Virus record (IMG/VR): IMGVR_UViG_3300032135_000027
Span: 1 to 37,809 of that record
Direction: 5' to 3' (one strand)
DNA: 37,809 nucleotides
DNA from: a virus
Taxonomy: Duplodnaviria > Caudoviricetes
The notes under the pieces were generated by a model. That model worked only from the letters and a program-made list of their open reading frames with translations, did no database searches and had not been told where the DNA came from. Each line of letters begins with the position of its first letter. The first letter of the stretch is position 1. Both the position numbers and the translations under genes were made by a program. Shown here one piece after another: positions 8,776 through 18,321 of this stretch.

Positions 8776-11295
8776 ATGGCCCTGACCGTTGCCGTGCTCG
8801 AGTCACTGTTTACCGCTGACATCAAGGACTTCACGAAGAAGGCCGAGGTTGTCGACAAGGCGGGCAAGGCGCTCGTCAAGGCGCCGACGACGGTCAAGGT
8901 CGACGCGAACACTGGCGGCGCGCTCGCCGACATGGTCAAGGTTGAGACCTCGGCGAAGAAGATCGACGGCAAGCTCACGACCGCCAAGGTCGACGCTGAC
9001 GCGAGCAAGGCCAGGACAGAGATTGACGGCCTCGGCGACGAGGGCGAGCAGGCGGGCGACACGGCAGGCAAGGGCCTGTCCGCTGGCATCCTCGGCGCTC
9101 TCATTGCCCTGCCTGTCGCGGGCGCGGTCGTGGGCATCGGCGTCGCCATCGGCAAGAGCCTCATGGATGGCTTGCAGGTTGAGGTCCGCTCGGATCGCCT
9201 CATGGCGCAGACCGGCCTCGACGCCGCGTCGACTGCCATCATTGCCCGTGCTGCAGGCGAAGCGTATGCCTCGAATTGGGGCGAGTCTCTCGCTGCGAAC
9301 ATGGACACGGCGCGCATCGCGATTCAGGGTGGACTCCTCGACCCGTCCGGCACCGCGAAGGACTCGCAAGCGATCATCGCATCGCTGTCCGGGGTCGCTG
9401 ACATCCTCGGCGAAGAGATCCCCGCAGTCTCCCGCTCGACCTCGCAACTGCTCCGCACGGGTCTCGCGAAGGATGCGGCCGGCGCGTTCGACCTCCTCGT
9501 CAAGGGCACGCAGTCCGGGCTCAACGTGTCCGAGGATCTGCTCGATACCGTCAACGAGTACGGCACGCAGTTCTCGAAGCTCGGCCTGTCCGGTCCTGCC
9601 GCGTTCGGCCTCCTCTCCCAGGCAGTCAAGGGCGGCGCGCGCGACACGGACACTGCGGCTGATGCGCTCAAAGAGTTCGCGATCCGCGCGGTCGACGGCA
9701 GCAAGACCAGCGTCGCTGGGTTCGAGGCGATGGGCCTGTCTGCCGAGGATATGGCCGCGAAGATCCTCAAGGGTGGTCCCGAGGCATCCGAGGCACTCGG
9801 CCTGACCCTGCAGTCGTTGCGCGACATGAAGGACCCGACCGAGCAGGCCGCGACCGCCGTGGCCCTATTCGGCACCAAGGCCGAGGACATGGGCACGGCG
9901 CTCTATGACATGGACCTCTCGACCGCCGTGGCCGAACTCGGCTCGGTGGAGGGCGCAGCCAAGACCGCGATGGACACGCTCGGCGACAACGCTGCCGGAT
10001 CGATCGCAACCGCGCAGCGCAACATCGAGGTCGCCGCGGACGGCATCAAGGGCGCGCTCGCAACGGCGTTCAACCCGCAGATCCAGGGGTTCTCGACCTT
10101 CGTGTCCGAGAACCGTGAGGCCGTGATGCAGTTCCTTCTCGACATGGCGAACGGTGGGATCGACGCTGGTCGGGCGCTGGCGAACGCTGCCGCCGCAGGA
10201 CTTGAGGGGTTCGGCTCATTCGTCGGCACGGCGGGGCCTGCGATGACCGACTTTATCCTCTCGATCCTCGAAGGCATGAACTCGATCCCGTTCGTTGATC
10301 TCGACGACGCGGTCGCCTCATTCAAGGACATGAAAGATGGGGCTGACAAGTCGTTCGCCTCGTTCGATGCCGGATCGCAGACTGCGGCCGACTCGATCCG
10401 AACGAACCTCATCGAGAAGGGGCTCGACCCGGCGCAGGAGAAGCTCAACAACGTCGCGATCCCGATGGTTGCCCAGGCCGCCATGCACGACGCATCGGTC
10501 TCGCTCGCCAAGGACATCGACGGGCTCGGCTACTCAGGCGAGACGGCGATGGGCAAGCTCGACCTGCTCAACGGCACGGTCGACACGTCTACCGGTTCTG
10601 GCAAGTTGCTCGATGAGCAGATCCGCGGCGCCGTCGCTGCTCTCGATGCCGAGTCTGCCGCAGCGGCAGGTGCGAACGAGACACAGGACCAACTCAACCA
10701 GCGTTACGAGGCCGGGCGTGTTGCGCTCGTCAACCAGCTCACGCAGATGGGGTACACAGCAGAGGAGGCGCAGGCACTCGCCGACAAGTACGGCGCCATT
10801 CCAGCGAACGTGGCGACGTCGATCAGCCTCGACACCGCAGTCGCCGAGGCACGCCTAGCCACGTTCAAGGCGAACCTCAACGTCAACAACGTCATCGTCA
10901 CGGCCGAGATGCGAACGGGCTACTACAAGGACCGCGCAGACGGCGGGCACGTCCAGGCGGCGAACGGCATGGATCGCCAGTCGATGATCGCTCCCGGTGG
11001 CGCGAACATCCTCTGGGCCGAGCCTGAGACGGGTTGGGAGACGTACATCTCTGGCAAGCCGTCGCAGCGCACGCGCAACGTCGGCTTGCTCAAGGAAACG
11101 GCGTCTCGCTTCGGCATGATGCTGCTCGACCCGAACGTCAAGGCATTCGCGAACGGGGGCACAGCAACGGCATCCGGTCCCGCTGCCTACGGCGGGCCAC
11201 AGGTGCAGATCATCGTCGAGCGGCTCATTCAGGGCACGCCGCAAGACGTCGGCCACGCCGTCGCATACGCACTACTCGGAGGCGGCGAATCGTGA
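8776..11295 (+). CDS. tape measure protein
   Basis: 839 aa, Ala/Gly-rich; 'DLLDTVNEY..QF', 'DTDTAADALKEF', 'ALFGTKAEDMG'; C-terminal 'WAEPETGWETYI'. Confidence 0.95.
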   Translation: MALTVAVLESLFTADIKDFTKKAEVVDKAGKALVKAPTTVKVDANTGGALADMVKVETSAKKIDGKLTTAKVDADASKARTEIDGLGDEGEQAGDTAGKGLSAGILGALIALPVAGAVVGIGVAIGKSLMDGLQVEVRSDRLMAQTGLDAASTAIIARAAGEAYASNWGESLAANMDTARIAIQGGLLDPSGTAKDSQAIIASLSGVADILGEEIPAVSRSTSQLLRTGLAKDAAGAFDLLVKGTQSGLNVSEDLLDTVNEYGTQFSKLGLSGPAAFGLLSQAVKGGARDTDTAADALKEFAIRAVDGSKTSVAGFEAMGLSAEDMAAKILKGGPEASEALGLTLQSLRDMKDPTEQAATAVALFGTKAEDMGTALYDMDLSTAVAELGSVEGAAKTAMDTLGDNAAGSIATAQRNIEVAADGIKGALATAFNPQIQGFSTFVSENREAVMQFLLDMANGGIDAGRALANAAAAGLEGFGSFVGTAGPAMTDFILSILEGMNSIPFVDLDDAVASFKDMKDGADKSFASFDAGSQTAADSIRTNLIEKGLDPAQEKLNNVAIPMVAQAAMHDASVSLAKDIDGLGYSGETAMGKLDLLNGTVDTSTGSGKLLDEQIRGAVAALDAESAAAAGANETQDQLNQRYEAGRVALVNQLTQMGYTAEEAQALADKYGAIPANVATSISLDTAVAEARLATFKANLNVNNVIVTAEMRTGYYKDRADGGHVQAANGMDRQSMIAPGGANILWAEPETGWETYISGKPSQRTRNVGLLKETASRFGMMLLDPNVKAFANGGTATASGPAAYGGPQVQIIVERLIQGTPQDVGHAVAYALLGGGES

Positions 11296-12161
11296 GCAGC
11301 ACAACCTCGATCACCTGGCGCGGGGTCACGTTCTACGGGACGTCCGGTGCTGGGCGGTACACGTTCGCCACACTCGAAGGCTGGGAGGATCTGCCCGACG
11401 CGCGGCAGGAGGAGTACGACCGCCCCAGTCAGCACGGCATGTTCGACGCCGACGTCTACTCTGGCGCGCGTCGCGTTCTGGCGTCGGGCAGGTGCTCGAG
11501 CCCGGCCGAACGGGATGTGATGCTAGCCGAGCTCAAGGCCGCATTTAGCCTGACGCCGACGACAACACTCCCCTTGGTCATCGATCACGCGGGCAAGGTG
11601 CTCACGGTGGGCGCGCGGCTGCTGAGATTCAAGCCAACATCGCCGGCGTGGGGCTCAGGGTTCTGGGGCTGGGCTGCAGAGTGGATCTGCCCCGACCCCC
11701 TCCGCTATGCCGCCCCGGTCGTCACCTGGACCCCGTTCGCGCAGATGCTCGGCGGGCTCGAGTTTGACTTGTTCACGGATGGTGTGGTGGACACGGGCTT
11801 CCTTGAGTTTGGTGATCCCGGCGCGATCACGGGGTTGGTTGCTGTCTCGAACTCGGGCAGCGCTCAGGCGTGGCCGGTGTTCACGGTCGCAGGCCCGACG
11901 CCGCCTGAGGGTTTTGATCTGGTCGACTCTGTGACGGGTTCACGTCTGCGCTACACGGGCGTAATCCCGTCCAGTTCGACATTGACGATCGACTCGGCAA
12001 CTGGCCTGGTCACCCTCGACGGCGTGGATCGTAAGCCGTACCTGACGATCCGCGAGTGGTTCTCGATCGCCCCGGACTCCTCGGCGTCGATCCTGTTCTC
12101 GCCCCGCGGCGGGCCTACGTCGGCTGTCCTGACGGTCACTGTCACCCCGCCGTCCTGGTGA
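11292..12161 (+). CDS. distal tail (Dit-like) protein
   Basis: GTGA overlap with the tape measure gene; 'LEGWEDLP..R', 'CPDPLRY', 'NSGSAQAWPVFTVAGP', ends 'PPSW'. Confidence 0.82.
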   Translation: MSSTTSITWRGVTFYGTSGAGRYTFATLEGWEDLPDARQEEYDRPSQHGMFDADVYSGARRVLASGRCSSPAERDVMLAELKAAFSLTPTTTLPLVIDHAGKVLTVGARLLRFKPTSPAWGSGFWGWAAEWICPDPLRYAAPVVTWTPFAQMLGGLEFDLFTDGVVDTGFLEFGDPGAITGLVAVSNSGSAQAWPVFTVAGPTPPEGFDLVDSVTGSRLRYTGVIPSSSTLTIDSATGLVTLDGVDRKPYLTIREWFSIAPDSSASILFSPRGGPTSAVLTVTVTPPSW

Positions 12162-12224
12162 CCTGACCGGCCCTTGCTCTGCCGCCAGCGCGCGGCCCCG
12201 TTGCTGTACCCGCTGGGAGGCGTC

Positions 12225-13283
12225 ATGGCTGGTTTCCGTGGTCTGTTCGTTCGCAAGGACGCCACCAAGGGCACGACGCCGATCGAGGGCCGCAAGTCTC
12301 TCGCCGGCCTCGTCGCACCCGTTGGCTCGTTCGGTGGGCGGCCTGGTGTGCTCTCTGGCGGGGCGATGTCGGGCACGACCGGATGGGGGTACTCGTTCGC
12401 GGCCGGGAACTTCGTGACGTCCCGCTCGGTTGCGGACGGCGTGGTCATCTGGGGCAACGACGCGGCCGTGACGATCACCTGCTCGGCTGCCCCGGCGTCG
12501 AACTCTCGCATCGACATCGGGTGGGCGCTCCACAACGACGTCGATGCCGGGGATGCTGACTCTGCGGCAACCTTCGGGGTCGCGTCTGGCACGGCCGCGG
12601 CCATCCCGGTTGCACCGTCGATCCCTGCTGGTGCGATCGAGCTCGGTCGCGCGACCCTGTCCTCTGGTGCGGCCAACACGCAGGCGGCCGTATTCAGCAC
12701 CACCTTCGTCCAGTACACGGCCTCTCGCGGGGCGCCGATCCCCGTCACCGGGGCGACGCAGCAGGCCGCAGTGCCCGCCTCGGCTACTAGCCCAGGGCTG
12801 GTCTACCGGATCGACACCGGGCAGGTTCTGATCAACCGCGGTGCGGGGTGGGCGACGCTCGCACAGGGCGCATGGACGTCCTTCCCGCCGCCATTCTCTG
12901 CGACCATCACCGCACCCAACCTCGGCGGTGGCGCGGTCCGTGAGGGCGAGTTCACTGTCGTCGACAAGACGTGCACGTACCGATTCAACATCCAGTTCGG
13001 CACGGCGGCGTCGACTGCCGGGTCGGGGACTTACACGGTCGGGCTCCCGCTGCCGGCGGCGGCGGTCGGTGCTGGGCGCATCTACGGAATGATCTACGGG
13101 GGCGACTCCTCTGCTGGCACCACTGGGGGAAAGGTGTTCGCCGTTCGCGCGTCAGGCACGGACTCGACCCTCGTCGTACTCGCCCTCGCAACGTCGGCTA
13201 CGCAGCTGGTCTCTGACGCGCTCCCGCACGTCTGGGCCGAGAATGACTTCATGCGCGGCACGTTCACCTACGCGATCGCATGA
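12225..13283 (+). CDS. minor tail protein (baseplate-anchoring N-terminus plus fibre-type C-terminus)
   Basis: RBS GGGAGG before ATG 12225; 'APASNSRIDI', 'PSIPAGAIELG'; C-terminal 'WTSF.P...GSGTYTVGLP' beta domain typical of receptor-binding heads. Confidence 0.75.
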   Translation: MAGFRGLFVRKDATKGTTPIEGRKSLAGLVAPVGSFGGRPGVLSGGAMSGTTGWGYSFAAGNFVTSRSVADGVVIWGNDAAVTITCSAAPASNSRIDIGWALHNDVDAGDADSAATFGVASGTAAAIPVAPSIPAGAIELGRATLSSGAANTQAAVFSTTFVQYTASRGAPIPVTGATQQAAVPASATSPGLVYRIDTGQVLINRGAGWATLAQGAWTSFPPPFSATITAPNLGGGAVREGEFTVVDKTCTYRFNIQFGTAASTAGSGTYTVGLPLPAAAVGAGRIYGMIYGGDSSAGTTGGKVFAVRASGTDSTLVVLALATSATQLVSDALPHVWAENDFMRGTFTYAIA

Positions 13284-15625
13284 CGATGATCGGCTCGCGC
13301 ACCTTCGACGCGATCGACGAGTGGTGGGTCTCGCCGATTGCGACGACCATAAACAGTCGCACCGTGTTCAGCGCAATCTCCTCGACCGGCGAGCTGCTCG
13401 CGTGCGAGATGGACCACACCGAGGGCACGTCGCGGCGCGTCGTGATCGGCAACGGCAACGTCGACGACCACAACTGTCCCGCGCTCTGGGCCGCACCCGG
13501 TCGTCGGATGCTGGCGATCTGGACTCAGCACGGACTCGACAAGTTCCTGCACATCAAGGTGTCCGACCAGACCGGCGACATCGAGTCGATCGCATCCTCT
13601 GCTGAGACTCAGTACGTGGCGAGCGCAGAGACGTCCTACGTTCAGATCCACCGCATCGAGCACCTGTCGACCGCACTGCAGGACACGTTCTGGGTGTTCA
13701 CGCGGATCTGGATGCTCGAGTGGGCGATGGTCCCGGTGACCGTCGACCAGGGCTCGGGCGCTGTGACCTTCGGGACTGAGCGCACCATCCTGTCCGGCGC
13801 TGAGCAGACGTACATCTCCACCGCGGACGCGCACGCCACATCAGGGCAGGTCATTCGGTTCGCGTGGGGCTACAACCCCGCTGCAGGCGTCTCCGCGGTT
13901 CGATACATGGAGATCGACGTGACGAGCGGCGCGATCACATCCCCCGCGGATACGAGTGTGGCCGCGAACATCTCGGGCGTCGGCCTGCCGTTGGTAGACG
14001 GGAACATCGCACCGCTGCTCCCTGGTGTCGAGGCGGGTCGCTCGAGGCGCCTGTTCTACGCTCGCCCCGGGCCGATGTCTCCCGCCGTGGCCTATGCGGA
14101 ATGGGACAACACAGCACCTGACGACGCCACCTACCTGGTGACTCAGTGGTCTGGGCTCGCGTGGGTGACGTCGACCTACGGGACGTCCGGGCCACGCCTG
14201 GGCTACACCGCGACAGCCAACTACATCGGCGGCATGGCGTTCCCGAACCCCGCCGTCGATGATCGGGTGGCGGTCGCGCGGCAGGTTGACGGGCTCTCCT
14301 CGGTCGACCTGTATGTGGGCGACACGTCCACTCAGGTCGCAACGAGTGCGACTACTCGGCTCGCGCGGCCCGTGTTTCCGGTCAACGCCGACCCGTCTCG
14401 GATCATCGCCTCGGACGTGTCCAGCTACGGCACGTCCTACACCGACTACCAGTCGGACGTCGTGGCGCTGTTCTCCGACTCGACGACCGTTGTATCGGCG
14501 GGGACCACGCAGACGACGATCATCTGCGGAGAGCTGCGTACCGGGCGCATCCTGGCAACCGTGCCCGTCTCGGCAGCAACATGGGAGCAGGTCCACCTCG
14601 ACGCGGGCGCGATCGACATCACGATCCCGCTCGACTCGGCCGACGTCCGTGCGATGCCCGACTTGCTCTCCTACCTCGACGGCCCGGCGTTCTTCCTGGC
14701 AGTCCAGAAGGGCGATCAGATCATCGAGGCCGGTCCGATCTGGGCGTGGTCCTATGACGGCATCGGCTCGCTGCAGGTCAAGGCGTCGGGTATGTGGTCG
14801 CTGTTCGATCACCGCAAGGTGATGAAGGTGCTGGCGTCCGGGGAGAACCCTGCCGAGACGTCGCTTGCCTGGTCGGGTCTGTCGCTGGCAACCCTGGCGA
14901 AGAGGCTCATCTCGACGGCCATGTCCCACACGGGCGGGTCGCTGCCGATCGTTCTGCCGGCTGATGCGCTGGGCACCAACGAGCGGGACTGGCCGGGCTA
15001 TCAGGTCGCGACGGTGGCCGACGAGGTCAAGGCGATCATCGGCGTGATCGGTGGACCCGATGTCGCGTTCGAGCCTCGGGTCACGTCGGACAACCTGCGG
15101 CTCGAGTGGGTCATGCGCACCGGGACCACCACGGACCCGTTGCTGCACCAGTCGGGCGATGACTGGGACTGGGACACCACGGTCGTGCGTGGCGACGTCG
15201 CGGGCCTGAGTGTGGACCGCGACTGGTCGGGGCTCACGATGCGCGGGTGGGCCACGGGTGAAGGCCAGGATGAGGCGTCGCTCATGTCGATGCGCCAAGA
15301 CCTGACGCTCACCAACGCGGGTTACCCATTGCTCGAGCGGGCTGAGTCGTTCTCGACAGTCAGCAGGCAGGGGACGCTCGACGCGCACGCGGCGGCGCTC
15401 GTCTCGGCGAACAGGCGCGCGTGGCAGACGTGGGGGCTGACGGTCAAGGCCGGCAGCATCCCGCGGCCGGGCGACTGGGGGCGCGTCTGGATCTCCACGG
15501 CGCATCCCGTCCTGGGTCGTCTCGCACGAACGGCGCCGTATCACCGGGCTCGCCTGCTCAAGGTCTCGGGCGACCTGACCGACAACGTGCGGCTCACGAT
15601 GAGCCCGAAAATGGATGCGAGGTAG
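13280..15625 (+). CDS. Tal/hub-like minor tail protein (Gp37-like) with N-terminal BNR/beta-propeller-like domain
   Basis: From about 14504 a siphovirus hub-type domain ('CGELRTGRILA..P', 'AGPIW', 'GYPLLE'); the first ~400 aa carry 'DDHNCPAL' and 'SY.QI', resembling BNR_4 propellers. Confidence 0.72.
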   Translation: MTMIGSRTFDAIDEWWVSPIATTINSRTVFSAISSTGELLACEMDHTEGTSRRVVIGNGNVDDHNCPALWAAPGRRMLAIWTQHGLDKFLHIKVSDQTGDIESIASSAETQYVASAETSYVQIHRIEHLSTALQDTFWVFTRIWMLEWAMVPVTVDQGSGAVTFGTERTILSGAEQTYISTADAHATSGQVIRFAWGYNPAAGVSAVRYMEIDVTSGAITSPADTSVAANISGVGLPLVDGNIAPLLPGVEAGRSRRLFYARPGPMSPAVAYAEWDNTAPDDATYLVTQWSGLAWVTSTYGTSGPRLGYTATANYIGGMAFPNPAVDDRVAVARQVDGLSSVDLYVGDTSTQVATSATTRLARPVFPVNADPSRIIASDVSSYGTSYTDYQSDVVALFSDSTTVVSAGTTQTTIICGELRTGRILATVPVSAATWEQVHLDAGAIDITIPLDSADVRAMPDLLSYLDGPAFFLAVQKGDQIIEAGPIWAWSYDGIGSLQVKASGMWSLFDHRKVMKVLASGENPAETSLAWSGLSLATLAKRLISTAMSHTGGSLPIVLPADALGTNERDWPGYQVATVADEVKAIIGVIGGPDVAFEPRVTSDNLRLEWVMRTGTTTDPLLHQSGDDWDWDTTVVRGDVAGLSVDRDWSGLTMRGWATGEGQDEASLMSMRQDLTLTNAGYPLLERAESFSTVSRQGTLDAHAAALVSANRRAWQTWGLTVKAGSIPRPGDWGRVWISTAHPVLGRLARTAPYHRARLLKVSGDLTDNVRLTMSPKMDAR

Positions 15626-15628
15626 CAG

Positions 15629-16407
15629 ATGGCTGACGAGTGGACTCCCCCGACCGAGGTCTCGTCGTCGGACTTCAGGGCCCCGCGTCAGGGCTTCGGT
15701 GTGCTGCTGGCCCGCATGTCCCGCCTTGCCGCACGGATCGCAGCCCTTGAGGGTTCGTCTCCGTTGCGGCAGGCGGGCGTGCGCGGTCGGCCGGGGATGC
15801 TGTCCTCGCTGGACTTCGACGGGGATGGCGGGCACGTCAACCTCGGCACGACCGGTTGGATGCTCGGGGCGGCAGATGGCGGCCCGTCGTTCTTCATTCT
15901 GAACGGGCGTCTCGTCATCGAGGAGCTTGACGCGCAGGCAGCGGCGTTGGCCGCACAGGACGTGGTGATCGCGGGGCAGGTGAGCGATCTTGCGAGTCGG
16001 ATTGCGGTCACCGCAAGCGCCCCAACGTTCAACACAGGGTCCTTGCCGAACGACGCGACATTCCATGTCTACGGCCCGGACATTCCGATCACAGTCAGCG
16101 TCCCAACGGGCCGGATCATCGTCACGGTCGGATGCGGGCAGGCGACGGCAACAAGCGGCGCCGGGGCCGTTACTGCCGAGGCGACCTTCTCAATCTCGGG
16201 CGGCATATCTGCCTATGGCGACGTCTACGCACGCAACTATGCAGGCGCCCCAACCGTCACGTCCGGGGCATCGCTCATGGTGCAGCGCGCGTTCGTCCTA
16301 ACCCCGGGCACATACACGATCACGGGGAAGATGCGCGCTTGGGCATCAGGAACATCGACCGGGTCCGCGAACTTCTCGAACCCATACATCACTGTGCAGG
16401 TAACAGG

Positions 16408-16411
<4 letters not shown>
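15629..16411 (+). CDS. minor tail protein
   Basis: Follows the Tal-like gene; coiled coil 'RLAARIAALE', 'GTTGWML', beta-rich C-terminus 'LTPGTYTIT'. Confidence 0.7.
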
Positions 16412-16815
<404 letters not shown>

Positions 16816-16822
16816 GCCAGCG

Positions 16823-16828
16823 ATCGTA
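16823..16828 (-). promoter_or_regulatory. putative -10 element of a leaderless promoter (TACGAT)
   Basis: TANNNT hexamer 7 nt upstream of the ATG at 16815. Confidence 0.55.
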
Positions 16829-16938
16829 GTCCCATCCACCCACGCCGCGCAGCCTTTCCGGGCTGTGACCCGAGGCAGCGCCGCCCCACCCAACCACAGC
16901 AGGGAGCGCCACATGCCCCGCACGCGAGGAGTGATCGC

Positions 16939-17211
16939 ATGAACGACGAGATCCAGCCCGGAAGCGCGGTCTTCGGCCCGAACCAGATGTTCGCCATGAT
17001 CCAGGCAGTCGGTACGAAGGTCGACCACTTGGCCAGCATCCTCGACCCCGCGCTGACCACGGTCCGGGAGGAGATCTCCGACGTCCGCAAGGACGTGGAC
17101 GACCACGAATCGCGCCTTAGGTCCCTCGATAAGCGCATCTGGATCGCCGCCGTCCTGGCGGCAGGTAGCGGGGCGGGGATCACCCAGCTGCTATCGATCG
17201 CAGGAGGCTGA
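16939..17211 (+). CDS. membrane protein of the lysis cassette (coiled coil plus C-terminal TM)
   Basis: RBS GAGGAG; 'DHESRLRSLDKRIWIAAVLAAG'; directly upstream of the endolysin. Confidence 0.7.
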   Translation: MNDEIQPGSAVFGPNQMFAMIQAVGTKVDHLASILDPALTTVREEISDVRKDVDDHESRLRSLDKRIWIAAVLAAGSGAGITQLLSIAGG

Positions 17212-17212
17212 C

Positions 17213-17989
17213 ATGCCCTACGCCCTGGCGACCTCGCTCACCTCGTCGAACTACTACCACGCGGCATCGGTTCCGGCGCACTACGGCCGCGCCCGCACCG
17301 TCGATGGCATCACCATCCACTGGTGGGGTGACCCGGCGCAGCACCCGACGTTCGAGAACACGGTCGCCTACCTCTGCCGGGCGCACGGCAACACCTCGGC
17401 GCACTTCGTCGTCGAGGATGGCAGGGTCGCACCGATCGTCGACCCGCACGACGCCGCCTGGCACACCGGCTCCGCGGTCGGGAACGCGACGACGATCGGC
17501 ATCGAGTGCAACCCGCGCGGCAGTGATGGCGACTACGCCACGATCGCCGAGCTCATCCGCAACCTGCGCGCGCAGTACGGGGATCTTCCGCTCTGGCCGC
17601 ACCGCCACTGGAAGGCCACGGCCTGCCCTGGCACCTACGACCTCGCTCGCCTTGACCGGCTCGCACGGGCCAACGCACCAGCAGAACCCGCACCGATCAT
17701 CCCGACCACAGGAGACGACGACATGAACGCTGACCAGGACGCCCGCCTCGCTCGCATCGAGGACGCCCTCACCGCACTCAGTCAGCGTCAGAGTGCATCC
17801 GTCGGAGACATCGTTGCTGTCCCCTCATCGCGCCCGGACGGATCGTTCGACTACTTCGCGGTCGACGAGCTGCAGGGCACCAAGCGCGCCATCGGGCCTG
17901 CTCAGTTCAAGTGGATGCGGGACCTCGGCTTCCGCGTCGTCGAGAAGCAGGCCGGGTTCACGATCGAGCACTACCGCCTGATCGTCTGA
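17213..17989 (+). CDS. endolysin, N-acetylmuramoyl-L-alanine amidase (Amidase_2)
   Basis: Zn-amidase motifs 'ITIHWWG', 'SAHFVV', 'AWHTG', 'TIGIE', 'PHRHWKATACPG'; RBS GGAGG. Confidence 0.93.
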   Translation: MPYALATSLTSSNYYHAASVPAHYGRARTVDGITIHWWGDPAQHPTFENTVAYLCRAHGNTSAHFVVEDGRVAPIVDPHDAAWHTGSAVGNATTIGIECNPRGSDGDYATIAELIRNLRAQYGDLPLWPHRHWKATACPGTYDLARLDRLARANAPAEPAPIIPTTGDDDMNADQDARLARIEDALTALSQRQSASVGDIVAVPSSRPDGSFDYFAVDELQGTKRAIGPAQFKWMRDLGFRVVEKQAGFTIEHYRLIV

Positions 17990-17991
17990 CC

Positions 17992-18099
17992 ATGGCGCGG
18001 CACCCGCTCGCGGACCTGCACCCGCTCGAGATCGTCGTCATCGCCGCACTCGCCGCACTGTCCCTCGCCGGCCTGGCGGGGATCGTCTACCTGCCCTAG
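17992..18099 (+). CDS. 35-aa membrane peptide
   Basis: MARHPLADLHPLEIVVIAALAALSLAGLAGIVYLP*; fills the gap between endolysin and holin. Confidence 0.55.
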   Translation: MARHPLADLHPLEIVVIAALAALSLAGLAGIVYLP

Positions 18100-18107
18100 G
18101 AGTCATC

Positions 18108-18320
18108 ATGCTCAAGCGACTGCTCAGTCTCGAACCTGTACTGCTCCATGCCGTCATCATCGCCGTCGTCACCCTTGCCGGTATCTGGGGGCTGAGTCTC
18201 ACCAGTCTCGGGGATCAACTCGGACGCTCGGTCGACGTGATCTATCCGATTGCCGTCCTCGTGGGCGCCTGGTGGACGCGCTCGCAGGTGTCCCCCGTCG
18301 CACCCAAGCACGCCGCCTGA
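18108..18320 (+). CDS. holin (putative)
   Basis: RBS AGGAG; 70 aa with two hydrophobic segments; 'EPV' N-terminal and 'TRSQVSPV' C-terminal motifs common in actinophage holins. Confidence 0.75.
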   Translation: MLKRLLSLEPVLLHAVIIAVVTLAGIWGLSLTSLGDQLGRSVDVIYPIAVLVGAWWTRSQVSPVAPKHAA

Positions 18321-18321
18321 C

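Noticed and set aside
13841-16066. 741-aa - strand ORF, and similar long antisense ORFs such as 18667-19758, 8364-9317 and 36237-37277
   Set aside because: Shadow ORFs of high-GC coding sequence: they lie opposite well-supported + strand genes and show no recognisable motifs.
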